A stretch of 64,000 nt of DNA from assembly GCA_002269645.1 (NCBI GenBank), contig NIVC01000857.1, positions 99,142-163,141 on the forward strand, read 5' to 3'. The notes under the pieces are model-generated. The model was not told the DNA's origin and ran no database searches. It saw nothing but the letters and a program-made list of their open reading frames with translations. Both the position numbers and the translations under genes were made by a program. This document shows, one piece after another, positions 1-12,600 of the stretch. Positions within the stretch are counted from its first letter, which is position 1; every line of letters starts with the position of its first letter. This DNA comes from Macrostomum lignano. Its lineage: Eukaryota.

Positions 1-90
1 AGTCATTTTTCCTTTCTAAATTTGTCCGTATTGGCCTACTTAAAGTAGAATAAAAGCGTATTTTCCTAATTCTTTCTAAGCTTTGTATCG

Positions 91-880
91 GAGAATGCTC
101 TGTCTAGCACATTCTCTGTCTAGCACATTCTCTGTCCAACACATGATTTGTCTAACACATTATCTCTCTAACACATTCCCTGTCTAACACATGATTTGTC
201 TAACACAGTATCTCTCTAACACATTCCCTGTCTAACACATGATTTGTCTAACACAGTATCTCTCTAACACATTCCCTGTCTAACACATGATTTGTCTAAC
301 ACAGTATCTCTCTAACACATTATCTGTCTAACACATTATTTGTCTTAACACAGTCTCTGTCTAACACATTCCCTGTCTAACGAATTATCTCTCTAACACA
401 TTCCCTGTCTAACACATGATTTGTCTAACACAGTATCTCTCTATAACACATTCTCTGTCTAACACATTATCTGCCTAACACAGTCTCTGTCTAACACATT
501 ATCTGCCTAACACATCCCTTGTCTAACGAATTATATCTCTAACACATTCCCTGTCTAAACATGATTTGTCTAACATAGTATCTCTCTATAACACATTCTC
601 TGTCTAACACATTATCTGCCTAACACAGTCTCTGTCTAACACATTATCTGCCTAACACAGTCTCTGTCTAACACATTATCTGCCTAACACATCCCTTGTC
701 TAACGAATTATATCTCTAACACATTCCCTGTCTAACACATGATTTGTCTAACATAGTATCTCTCTATAACACATTCTCTGTCTAACACATTATCTGCCTA
801 ACACAGTCTCTGTCTAACACATTATCTGCCTAACACATCCCTTGTCTAACGAATTATATCTCTAACACATCTCTGACACA
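91..880. repeat. Minisatellite with TGTCTAACACAT core (about 18-20 bp units, higher-order structure)
   Basis: Repeated tctaacac core with variable linkers; mirror of 5170-6030. Confidence 0.9.
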
Positions 881-1260
881 AAGCAGTTGAGTGAAATTTT
901 CAACTAAAATAAACCCAGTCAGTCGGCACCCAGGAGCTGGCAATAAAATTCCCAAAGATACACAATTGTTTCATTATATTAGCCCGCACAAACAACAACT
1001 CACACTCAAGTATAAGTTTTACACTGCTCATATTAAATAACAAGTAAATAAATACTGTAAAATTAAAAACTCAGTACACATTGCAAGAAAGCATCAAAAG
1101 TACGCAGTGTAAACGTAAAAAAGAAGAATTAAATGTGCGCTTGACGTGTGCATGCTGTGTGAACATCAAGACTCCATTTTTATGCTTTTTTGTTATCCAC
1201 AACTGCGCCACCGTCCCTACTTGCAGTAGTCAGTTCAAGTAGTAAATATTTGCACAATTA

Positions 1261-1831
1261 TCAGTCGGCTTCACAGCAGCCCGAAAGGAGGTCGCCGCTG
1301 ACGAAGGCGCCTCCCAGAATCCCTGCTGTGGATGCCGGGTACCGCGGCGGCGGCGCGGCGGCGGCTGTTGCTGCGCGCTGCTGCGGGGGCGGTGGTGGCG
1401 GAGGTGGAGGCGGCGGCTGCTGCTGCTGGTGCTGCGGTGGCGGCGGCGGTGGCAGCGCAGGCAGCCCCGAAGTCACGTGACTAAAGTGGCTTCCCGGAGC
1501 GGCGCTCTCCAAGCGCTGACGGTGCCGGCGCTAGCGCCACTGCCGGCCCTCCACCGAAGTAGTTCGCCGCCGGGAACTGGAAGCTGTGCATGGCGCTGCG
1601 CATCAGGTCGCTCATCGCGTCCAGCTCCTTCTTCTTCTTGCTCTTGATGGAGCTCTTGCGGTTGCGCGACTGGATTGAGTCCTTCTTCATGCTGATGGCC
1701 GGTCCACCTGGTGCAGCTTGAAGTACAGGCCGCAGGCGTTGCACACCGACGCCCTTGTGGTTGCGGCGCCACAAAGTCGTCTGCGTGTGGCGCAGTTCGA
1801 GGCAGGTCGTGCCGGCGCGGCGCTGCGCCGA
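1261..1831 (-). pseudogene. GATA123: Inverted partial copy of GATA1/2/3 last exon (C-terminal zinc finger), with several indels; probably an assembly duplicate
   Basis: Fragments [16 protein letters not shown] and [12 protein letters not shown] appear in different frames. Acceptor cacgcag precedes 1831. Indels relative to the + copy include GGCGTCGGTG versus GGCGAGTCGGTG. Confidence 0.7.
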
Positions 1832-1846
1832 CTGCGTGTGGGTAGG

Positions 1847-2259
1847 AGTGACGGACTGTGAGTGACGGATTGTGAGTGACGGACTGTGAGTGACAGACTG
1901 TGAGTGACGGATGTGAGTGACGGACTGTGAGTGACGGACTGTGAGTGACGGACTGTGAGTGACGGACTGTGAGTGACGGATTGTGAGTGACGGACTGTGA
2001 GTGACGGATTGTGAGTGACGGACTGTGAGTGACGGACTGTGAGTGACGGATTGTGAGTGATGGACTGTGAGTGACGGATTGTGAGTGACGACTGTGAGTG
2101 ACGGACTAAGAGTGATGGATTGTGAGTGACCGACTGTGAGTGACGGATTGTGAGTGACGGACTGTGAGTGACGGACTGTGAGTGACGGACTTGAGTGACG
2201 GATTGTGAGTGACGGACTGTGAGTGACGGACTGTGAGTGACGGATTGTGAGTGACGGAT
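1847..2259. repeat. 13-bp minisatellite (GTGAGTGACGGA(C/T)T)n, mirror of the GATA intron 2 array
   Basis: Direct tandem repeat running into the gap. Confidence 0.95.
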
Positions 2260-2674
2260 NNNNNNNNNNNNNNNNNNNNNNNNNNNNNNNNNNNNNNNNN
2301 NNNNNNNNNNNNNNNNNNNNNNNNNNNNNNNNNNNNNNNNNNNNNNNNNNNNNNNNNNNNNNNNNNNNNNNNNNNNNNNNNNNNNNNNNNNNNNNNNNNN
2401 NNNNNNNNNNNNNNNNNNNNNNNNNNNNNNNNNNNNNNNNNNNNNNNNNNNNNNNNNNNNNNNNNNNNNNNNNNNNNNNNNNNNNNNNNNNNNNNNNNNN
2501 NNNNNNNNNNNNNNNNNNNNNNNNNNNNNNNNNNNNNNNNNNNNNNNNNNNNNNNNNNNNNNNNNNNNNNNNNNNNNNNNNNNNNNNNNNNNNNNNNNNN
2601 NNNNNNNNNNNNNNNNNNNNNNNNNNNNNNNNNNNNNNNNNNNNNNNNNNNNNNNNNNNNNNNNNNNNNNNNNN
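2260..2674. other. Assembly gap (415 N)
   Basis: Run of N. Confidence 1.
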
Positions 2675-4789
2675 GGCGGCAGCGGCGGCAGCGGCGGCAG
2701 CAATGGCTTTGTTTCGCTTTCGGTCACCAGCCAAACTCAGAGGCCGGCTTCCCGGGCTCGTATCCGCCAGCTTCAGCTCCCCCTACCAGCCCTACTTCCC
2801 GCCAGCCGCAGCGGCCGCCGAATACGCCAGGAACCCGCTGGGGATTCACCCGTCACTGTTCCGCATGAACCCGCAGCACCAGCACCACCAGCACCACCAG
2901 CACTATCCAGGACACCTGGTTGGACGCCTGCCTGCACCAGTTTAAGGCTCGGGCCAGGAACGCCTCGGGTGAGAATTTCGTAGCTTGATCTCATGGTGTG
3001 ATCTCAATGGTGTGATCTCATAGTGTGATCTCTTATTGTGATCTCATAGTGTGATCTCATAGTGTGATCTCATAGTGTGATCTCATAGTGTGATCTCATA
3101 GTGTGATCTCATAGTGTGATCTCATAGTGTGATCTCATTGTGTGATCTCATAGTGTGATCTCTCAGAGTGATCTCATAGTGTGATCTCATAGTGTGATCT
3201 CATAGTATGATCTCATAGTGTGATCTCATAGTGTGATCTCATAATGTGATCTCATAGTGTGATCTTATAGTGTGATTCATAGTGTGATCTCATAGTGTGA
3301 TCTCATAATGTGATCTCATAGTGTGATCTCATATTGTGATCGCATCTTAGAGCGCAATCTCTTCCCATTGAATCCCATAGAGTGATCCCATGGACCAGCG
3401 ATCCTATTGCATAATATTACAGTATGTGTCCCGTGCCATCATCCTTCAGCACTCACTGCCGCACAACCCCACAGAGAGTCGCGAGTGCGTGAACTGCGGT
3501 GCCACGGCCACCCCACTGTGGCGCCGGACGGACAGGTGGCCACTACCTGTGCAACGCATGCGGCCTGTACCATAAGATGAACGGGCAGAGCCGGCCGCTC
3601 ATCAAGCCAAAACGGCGCATGGTGAGCAGGGGCTCGAATCTTTTCGATCACTCCCGATCCGTCACTCACAATCCGTCACTCACAATCCGTCACTCACAAT
3701 CCGTCACTCACAATCCGTCACTCACAATCCGTCACTCACAATCCGTCACTCACAATCCGTCACTCACAATCCGTCACTCACAATCCGTCACTCACAATCC
3801 GTCACTCACAATCCGTCACTCACAGTCCGTCACTCACAATCCGTCACTCACAGTCCGTCACTCACAGTCCGTCACTCACAGTCCGTCACTCACAGTCCGT
3901 CACTCACAATCCGTCACTCACAGTCGGTCACTCACAATCCGTCACTCTTAGTCCGTCACTCACAGTCCGTCACTCACAATCCGTCACTCACAGTCTGTCA
4001 CTCACAATCCGTCACTCACAATCCGTCACTCACAGTCCGTCACTCACAATCCGTCACTCACAATCCGTCACTCACAGTCCGTCACTCACAGTCCGTCACT
4101 CACAGTCCGTCACTCACAGTCCGTCACTCACAATCCGTCACTCACAGTCTGTCACTCACAGTCCGTCACTCACAATCCGTCACTCACAGTCCGTCACTCC
4201 TACCCACACGCAGTCGGCGCAGCGCCGCGCCGGCACGACCTGCTCGAACTGCGCCACCACGCAGACGACTTTGTGGCGCCGCAACCACAAGGGCGAGTCG
4301 GTGTGCAACGCCTGCGGCCTGTACTTCAAGCTGCACCAGGTGGACCGGCCCATCAGCATGAAGAAGGACTCAATCCAGTCGCGCAACCGCAAGAGCTCCA
4401 TCAAGAGCAAGAAGAAGAAGGAGCTGGACGCGATGAGCGACCTGATGCGCAGCGCCATGCACAGCTTCCAGTTCCGGCGGCGAACTACTTCGGTGGAGGC
4501 GCCGGCAGTGGCGCTAGCGCCGGCACCGTCAGCGGCTTGGAGAGCGCCGCTCCGGGAAGCCACTTTAGTCACGTGACTTCGGGGCTGCCTGCGCTGCCAC
4601 CGCCGCCGCCACCGCAGCACCAGCAGCAGCAGCCGCCGCCTCCACCTCCGCCACCACCGCCCCGCAGCAGCCGCAGCAACAGCCGCCGCCGCCGCCGCCG
4701 CCGCGGTACCCGGCATCCACAGCAGGGATTCTGGGAGGCGCCTTCGTCAGCGGCGACCTCCTTTCGGGCCTGCTGTGAAGCCCGACTGA
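2675..4789 (+). CDS. GATA123: GATA1/2/3-class two-zinc-finger transcription factor; exons <=2675-2968, 3475-3621, 4214-4789; 5' end in the gap; apparent frameshifts at about 2918, 3530 and 4474
   Basis: [54 protein letters not shown], then [60 protein letters not shown]. These match GATA2/3 diagnostic residues (GATATP, KPKRR, RRAGT). Phase-1 and phase-0 introns sit at the conserved positions. Confidence 0.93.
2995..3345. repeat. 13-bp minisatellite (GTGTGATCTCATA)n in GATA intron 1
   Basis: Direct tandem repeat. Confidence 0.95.
3650..4199. repeat. 13-bp minisatellite (CCGTCACTCACA(A/G)T)n filling GATA intron 2
   Basis: Direct tandem repeat ending about 14 nt before the acceptor. Confidence 0.95.
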
Positions 4790-5169
4790 TAATTGTGCAA
4801 ATATTTACTACTTGAACTGACTACTGCAAGTAGGGACGGTGGCGCAGTTGTGGATAACAAAAAAGCATAAAAATGGAGTCTTGATGTTCACACAGCATGC
4901 ACACGTCAAGCGCACATTTAATTTTCTTTTTTTACGTTTACACTGCGTACTTTTGATGCTTTCTTGCAATGTGTACTGAGTTTTAATTTTACAGTATTTA
5001 TTTACTTGTTATTTAATATGAGCAGTGTAAAACTTATACTTGAGTGTGAGTGTTGTTTGTGCGGGCTAATATATATGAAACAATTTGTGTATCTTTGGGA
5101 ATTTTATTGCCAGCTCCTGGGAGTGCCGACTGACTGGGTTTATTTTAGTTGAAAATTTCACTCAACTGC

Positions 5170-6030
5170 TTTGTGTCAGAGAATGTGTTAGAGATATAAT
5201 TCGTTAGACAAGGGATGTGTTAGGCAGATAATGTGTTAGACAGAGACTGTGTTAGGCAGATAATGTGTTAGACAGAGAATGTGTTATAGAGAGATACTAT
5301 GTTAGACAAATCATGTGTTAGACAGGGAATGTGTTAGAGATATAATTCGTTAGACAAGGGATGTGTTAGGCAGATAATGTGTTAGACAGAGACTGTGTTA
5401 GGCAGATAATGTGTTAGACAGAGAATGTGTTATAGAGAGATACTATGTTAGACAAATCATGTGTTAGACAGGGAATGTGTTAGAGATATAATTCGTTAGA
5501 CAAGGGATGTGTTAGGCAGATAATGTGTTAGACAGAGACTGTGTTAGGCAGATAATGTGTTAGACAGAGAATGTGTTATAGAGAGATACTATGTTAGACA
5601 AATCATGTGTTAGACAGGGAATGTGTTAGAGATATAATTCGTTAGACAAGGGATGTGTTAGGCAGATAATGTGTTAGACAGAGAATGTGTTATAGAGAGA
5701 TACTGTGTTAGACAAATCATGTGTTAGACAGGGAATGTGTTAGAGAGATAATTCGTTAGACAGGGAATGTGTTAGACAGAGACTGTGTTAAGACAAATAA
5801 TGTGTTAGACAGATAATGTGTTAGAGAGATACTGTGTTAGACAAATCATGTGTTAGACAGGGAATGTGTTAGAGAGATAATTCGTTAGACAGGGAATGTG
5901 TTAGACAGAGACTGTGTTAAGACAAATAATGTGTTAGACAGATAATGTGTTAGAGAGATAATGTGTTAGACAAATCATGTGTTGGACAGAGAATGTGCTA
6001 GACAGAGAATGTGCTAGACAGAGCATTCTC
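5170..6030. repeat. Minisatellite with ATGTGTTAGACA core and a higher-order repeat of roughly 130-150 bp, 3' of GATA
   Basis: The block gttagagatataattcgttagacaagggatgtgttaggcagataat recurs four times. Confidence 0.9.
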
Positions 6031-6550
6031 CGATACAAAGCTTAGAAAGAATTAGGAAAATACGCTTTTATTCTACTTTAAGTAGGCCAATACGGACAAA
6101 TTTAGAAAGGAAAAATGACTACAGGAAAAATGCATCATTGGATTCAGTTGGCTTATCGCTGAACAGGCGGCCTCTTGCAGAAGAAGAATACAGATATTCC
6201 AGCGTATATTTTGCAGACTTTGCTACACACTAAATGTATAGAGAGCTGCATATCTGAGAGAAACCCCAGTAGTATCTTAGCATTGCAGAGCGCGTTTTAC
6301 AGCTGAGGAAACGAGAGTCCGGCGGTGAAAGTTCAACAAGTGGCTACAGGCAAGAACATCAACAGGCGACTAAAAGAAGTTTGAAAAACAAGAACAACAA
6401 CAAAAAGTGACGACAAAAAAGCAGAAATTGACAGGCTGAGGGAGGGCGGAGAGGCTGATTGCAAACACTGGGACTAGGTAGACAGAAAAGTGCGGAGTGG
6501 ACAAGCAGCGGCAGAGGCAACATCGCGCAGTGGCAGTCAGGCAGGTTGGG

Positions 6551-9500
6551 TCAGCAGTGGCCTTCGTTTGCGACAGCGGCAGGTGCTGAGGGGTAATAGT
6601 ACTGCGGGTCTGCGGGAGGATCGGGCTTGATTTAATTTCATTCGAATTTGCGATGCTTGCCTACTGATAGTAGGCTGTCGTGAAAGTGGCGTTTTGGGTG
6701 CTTTGTTAAATAAAATAATGAGATTTTAAAATGAATTAAAGCTCCCTATATCGATAACTTCTGAATTTTCTTAGAAACCCCCGGATGAATCTCCAACCTG
6801 AAGTTTCCGGAACCCCTGGATGAATCCCCAACCTGAAGTTTCCGGAACCTCTGGATGAATCCCCAAACTGAAGTTTCCGGAACCCCGGATGAATCCCCAA
6901 CCTGAAGTTTCCGGAACCCCGGATGAATCCCCAACCTGAAGTTTCCGGAACCCCGGATGAATCTCCCGTATGAATCCCAGTTGAAACAATGTCCTAAAGC
7001 CCCGTGGGATCCCGACAAACCAACCCCCTGAACCTGGCGAGGCTCCCTCAGCACTCACTCATCCTGGTGTGCGCGCCGTAGGCGGACTGCAGAAACCAGG
7101 AGGAGGCGGCGGTGGCATCTTGGTGAGCGCCGTAGTGCTGGCTGGCGTAGTGCTGGCTGGCGTAGCCTTGATAGGCGGCGGCTGCCGCGTACTCCGCAGC
7201 GTAGCTGGCGGCGGCTCCGTACTGGTGCGCTGCCGGCAGTCCGTAATGCGCTCGGAACTCGTCCAGCTTCGGACTGTCCGACTCCAGATGCAGCGCCGGC
7301 TGCTGCGGCGGCTGAGGAGGCGGTGGCTGTTGCTGATGCTGCGGCGGCGGCTGCTGAGGCGGCTGGTGAGGCTGAAGCGACTGCGGCTCGGTTGCCAAGT
7401 GGTTGCTATGGCCGTGATAGCCCCCGGCGTGCCGGATGCCAGCGGAGGCCGGGTAGAACTGCGGCTCCTGCGGCGGGATGCCGTAGGCCGCCGCCGCTGC
7501 CGCCGCCGCTGCCGCCGCCTGCTGGGCGCTGAGTGCAGGCAGAAGTCCGGGGTTCGAGCCCGGAATTGGCGACTCCACTTTGATCCGCTTGGACGGTGAC
7601 AGCCACTGGATTGTGAAAGAGGTTGGAATTTCTATTCAATGAGTCACTCGGCCATGGGAATGCTTTGTATTCCTTGGAAACATAAATCAAATATGCTCAC
7701 CTCTAGGCGATCCGGTGGCGACTGGCGGTGGCACTGCTGCTCCTTGGTGGCGTCTGAAATGAATGGAAGGCCGGGTTGCAGGCCCTGGTAAAGATTCTAG
7801 CTGGTAAAGATTCTAGCTGGTAAAGATTCTAGCTGGTAAAGATTCTAGCTGGTAAAGATTCTAGCTGGTAAAGATTCTAGCTGGTAAAGATTCTAGCTGG
7901 TAAAGATTCTAGCTGGTAAAGATTCTAGCTGGTAAAGATTCTAGCTGGTAAAGATTCTAGCTGGTAAAGATTCTAGCTGGTAAAGATTCTAGCTGGTAAA
8001 GATTCTAGCTGGTAAAGATTCTAGCTGGTAAAGATTCTAGCTGGTAAAGATTCTAGCTGGTAAAGATTCTAGCTGGTAAAGATTCTAGCTGGTAAAGATT
8101 CTAGCTGGTAAAGATTCTAGCTGGTAAAGATTCTAGCTGGTAAAGATTCTAGCTGGTAAAGATTCTAGCTGGTAAAGATTGGAGCTGGTAAATATTCTAG
8201 CTGGTAAAGATTCTAGCTGGTAAAGATTCTAGCTGGTAAAGATTCTAGCTGGTAAAGATTCTAGCTGGTAAAGATTCTAGCTGGTAAAGATTGGAGCTGG
8301 TAAAGATTCTAGCTGGTAAAGATTCTAGCTGGTAAAGATTCTAGCTGGTAAAGATTCGAGCTGGTAAAGATTCGAGCTGGTAAAGATTCTAGCTGGTAAA
8401 GATTCGAGCTGGTAAAGATTCGAGCTGGTAAAGATTCGAGCTGGTAAAGATTCGAGCTGGTAAAGATTCGAGCTGGTAAAGATTGGAGCTGGTAAAGATT
8501 CGAGCTGGTAAAGATTGGAGCTGGTAAAGATTCGAGCTGGTAAAGATTCGAGCTGGTAAAGATTCGAGCTGGTAAAGATTCGAGCTGGTAAAGATTGGAG
8601 CTGGTAAAGATTCGAGCTGGTAAAGATTCGAGCTGGTAAAGATTCGAGCTGGTAAAGATTCGAGCTGGTAAAGATTCGAGCTGGTAAAGATTGGAGCTGG
8701 TAAAGATTGGAGCTGGTAAAGATTCTACAATAGCTGGTAAAGATTCGAGCTGGTAAAGATTCGAGCTGGTAAAGTTTCGAGCTGGTAAAGATTCGAGCTG
8801 GTAAAGATTCGAGCTGGTAAAGATTCGAGCTGGTAAAGATTCGAGCTGGTAAAGATTCGAGCTGGTAAAGATTCGAGCTGGTAAAGATTCGAGCTGGTAA
8901 AGATTCGAGCTGGTAAAGATTCGAGCTGGTAATGATTGGAGCTGGTAAAGATTCGAGCTGGTAATGATTGGAGCTGGTAAAGATGCGAGCTGGTAAAGAT
9001 TCGAGCTGGTAAAGATTCTAGCTGGTAAAGATTCGAGCTGGTAAAGATTCGAGCTGGTAAAGATTCGAGCTGGTAAAGATTCTAGCTGGTAAAGATTCGA
9101 GCTGGTAAAGATTGGAGCTGGTAAATATTCGAGCTGGTAAAGATTCGAGCTGGTAAAGTTTCGAGCTGGTAAAGATTCGAGCTGGTAAAGATTCGAGCTG
9201 GTAAAGATTCGAGCTGGTAAAGATTCGAGCTGGTAAAGATTCGAGCTGGTAAAGATTCGAGCTGGTAAAGATTCGAGCTGGTAAAGATTCGAGCTGGTAA
9301 AGTTTCGAGCTGGTAAAGATTCGAGCTGGTAAAGATTCGAGCTGGTAAAGATTCGAGCTGGTAAAGATTGGAGCTGGTAAAGATTGGAGCTGGTAAAGAT
9401 TCGAGCTGGTAAAGATTCGAGCTTGAGAAACGCCACAGAAATCAAAGCAGCTCACCCGGGTCATTCAAGTGCTGCATCTGCATGTGTCGGCGTTTCCTCT

Positions 9501-9619
9501 GCTGCTGTTGCTGCTGCTGCTGCAGGCTGTTCTGATTCTCATCCGACAGGGCGCCGTTGCTGACGGAAGAGCTTCCCGGCGAAGAGTCACCGGCCAGCAG
9601 CAGCTGCTGGTGCTGACTC

Positions 9620-9655
<36 letters not shown>

Positions 9656-12600
9656 TGCTGTTGCTGTTGCTGCTGCTGGCCGTCTTTGGCAGTGGCCGCG
9701 GAGTTCAGACCGCCCAGCAGCCCCTTGATGGTGTAGGCCGCGTGGCTCGACAGCAGCAAGCCCTGATGGGAGCCGGCGCTGCTGCTGGCGGCCTGCTGAG
9801 GTGGCGGCTGCTGCTGCTGCTCCCGCCCATCGCAGCTGGGCGCGCGGCCCTCGTCCTCGTCATCTCCGGACTGGCCGCCCCGCTCGGCCGCCTTGTTCCG
9901 CACGATGCGGTTGATGGAGGACACGGAGGGCACGGTGTCCTGCGAGCAGACGCCCTCGGACAGCAGCATGTCGCGGATCTCCCAGGCGAACATGGTGGGA
10001 TTGTCGGCCTTGTACTTGCAGATGGCGTCCACCACCGAGGGGGTGGCCACCTTCGGCTTGGAGCCGCCGATGACGCCAGGCCGGATGCTGCCGGTCTCGT
10101 AGAACCGGCCGAGAATCTTCGACACGCAGCCGTGGCTGACGCGGAGCCGCCGGCTGATGTCGCAGGGCCGGACGCCGCGCTGCGCCAGTTCGACAATCTG
10201 GTTGCGGGTGAAGTCAGGCAGCGGGCGGCCGTTCACGAAGGCTCCGCCCAGCTGGTTGATGCCGCCGTGGCCTGCGGGGTCGAACAAGAGTGGCGTTGGG
10301 GTCACCAATGAAGGGGCATGGAAGTTATTCTTGCTTATAAGGCTATTGGAAGCGCCATTAGAAGCGCCACTAGAAGCGCCACTAGAAGCGCCATTAGAAG
10401 CGCCATTAAAAGCGCCATTACAAGCGCCATTAGAAGCGTCATAAGAAGCGCCATCAGAAGCGCCACTAGAAGCGCCATTAGAAGCGCCATTAGAAGCGCC
10501 AGTGGTAGCTCTTTTGGGAGCGCCATTTGAAGTGATCCCAGGAGCGCCTTTTTAAATACCACAGGGAGCGCCACTGGGAGCGCCACTGGGAGCGCCACTT
10601 GGAGCGCCACTGAGAGCGCCACTGGGAGCGCCACTGGGAGCGCCACTGAGAGCGCCACTGAGAGCGCCACTGAGAGCGCCACTGGGAGCGCCACTGAGAG
10701 CGCCACTGGGAGCGCCACTGAGAGCGCCACTGGGAGCGCCACTAGGAGCGCCACTGGGAGCGCCACTAGGAGCGCCACTGGGAGCGCCACTGGGAGCGCC
10801 ACTGGGAGCGCCACTGGGAGCGCCACTGGGAGCGCTATTCAGATCTCTGAGGGCCATGGAAGCTCCATGATGCTGCTCACCGATGTTCTTCAGGTACATG
10901 CCAAGAAGGTGCAACCGCAGCAGGGACTCCTGCGGGTTTCCGCCTTTGCCGCGGCCGCTGCCGCCGCTGTCCATCTGCTATGCCGGGCGCGAGTCTGCGA
11001 ATTCGCACTTGCAAAGCGAGGAAAACCCCAGCCAAGGAGAAGCGAGAGGATCTCAGGCCTGAGCAATATATGCCGATGCGGCCAGGAAGCTGGGCTGGCG
11101 GACGCAATAAAGCCACGCCACGGAAATTCCGTATTTTATACGCCCGGAGCCGTGACCCCCCCCCAAATCAGCCCCTCTTGATTAGCGAGCGCTATAGGGA
11201 GGTCCCGGCATGGACTTAACTGGGTTAGGGACGGCTCTCATTCCAGGAAACGCATGTGCATTTGGGGCCGATGGGAGAATGGGGAGCCGGGCCCGGAGTG
11301 GCTGCTCAGAGGGTAACGAGACGTAAATCACTTTTCTTGCAACTTGTAACGCAATTAAATTAGCGCAATTGGGCAACAAGAAAAGAAGAGTGGATCTGAG
11401 AGGCCGCCCCCCCCCCGGCGCGCACAAAGGGACAGCGGCGTGGCGGCGGCTTCTTTGAGGCTTCGCCGCGGGGGGGGGGGCGGCTGCTGCAGGATGCCGG
11501 AGTCGGCGCGATGAAGCACAAGAAGAGGGAGACTGGAGATGAAGCTGCGCGCCTTCTCATGAGTGGTGGCCGCTGAGTGAAGTGTTGGTGTTGTTCATTT
11601 CCAACCACAGCAGTTCTGGCTGCCCAGCGGCTGAAGTGGCTGACAGGACTGAGTTTCTCTCACTTTCTCCGCCCCCGTGTCTCTGCGCTTGCGCAAACGA
11701 ATTTGCATACGCAACTCCCCGCCCCTGACTTCCGCCTGGCTTGGCCCTGCGATTTCAGCCAGTTAGCCAGTGCAAATTAGCCAGTGCAAAAAATATTGCA
11801 TTTACAAATAATGAACTTGGCGTGAGAACCCGCCTGCCAGCCCCAATACAAATTCATTAATTCTTGCCCTGCTTCCGAAAGTGATCTGCTGCGATCTCAC
11901 CAGCGCTGGTCAGGATCTGGGACTCCCCGGCTGCAGAGCCGATTAATTATTCAGCGGAAGAGGCCAAAAACTCCGTAAGACACGCAGAGAGCGCAGCCCG
12001 CTCTGCAGCAGTGCCAACATGAGAGCCACCAAGCAATGAACTCAGACAGCACAGCAATAAAACAATCAAAATCAGAGAAACAGATCTGACAAAGCGAGGC
12101 GTCCCAGCCAATTAAGGGAGGTGCCAGCGCCATCAAGGGGGGGGACAAATAAGCGCCGCGACGGCTCTCAGCAGATGTTTGAATTTTTTTAAGAAAAAAC
12201 TTTCGGCAATAAAATGGTGAGGGAAAGTCGGTGCTGCATAATTCAGCGATCGGGTGCTCCGCCAATTTGTCCCAGATCACCTATGAGCATGAAGCAATGA
12301 ATTTTTACCTATCCCAAGGGAGCCTGGGAGACTGCGGCTTTTTGTTTTGCAGCGAAGCTGATGAAGCTGAGTCTCAGGTAGCTGGCGGGTTAAGCCATGA
12401 AAAATTCAGCGATTGAATTCGCCAGAAACAGCAATGAGAGGCGATCAGTTCCCCAGCCTTTTGGGAAATCTGCAGCTAGGAAACAAATCAAAGAGCCGGG
12501 GCCGTGGATGCGAGGCAGGGCCCTGTGAAATGCTCAGCATCCAGACCAGCACGCGACACCCCCGGGGAGCTGCTCGGAGGAGACTCACCCTTTCCCTTGC

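Larger units (their letters stand above)
1..6120. repeat. Large inverted duplication: arm 1-2259 is the reverse complement of about 3800-6120, flanking an N gap and a single-copy core
   Basis: Bases 1-100 are the reverse complement of 6021-6120. GATA exon 3, the 3' region and both minisatellites are mirrored. The CTCTTAG variant unit appears at about 2108 and about 3948. Confidence 0.95.

Noticed and set aside
91-880. CRISPR-like appearance (constant core with variable linkers), also at 58.9-62.8 kb
   Set aside because: The linkers are short, related to each other and recurrent rather than unique spacers; there are no cas genes and the context is eukaryotic.
8309-9464. 378-aa and 148-aa ORFs continuing after the Pax paired exon
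   Set aside because: They come from a 16-bp repeat within an intron bounded by a clear donor (9455) and acceptor (7754).
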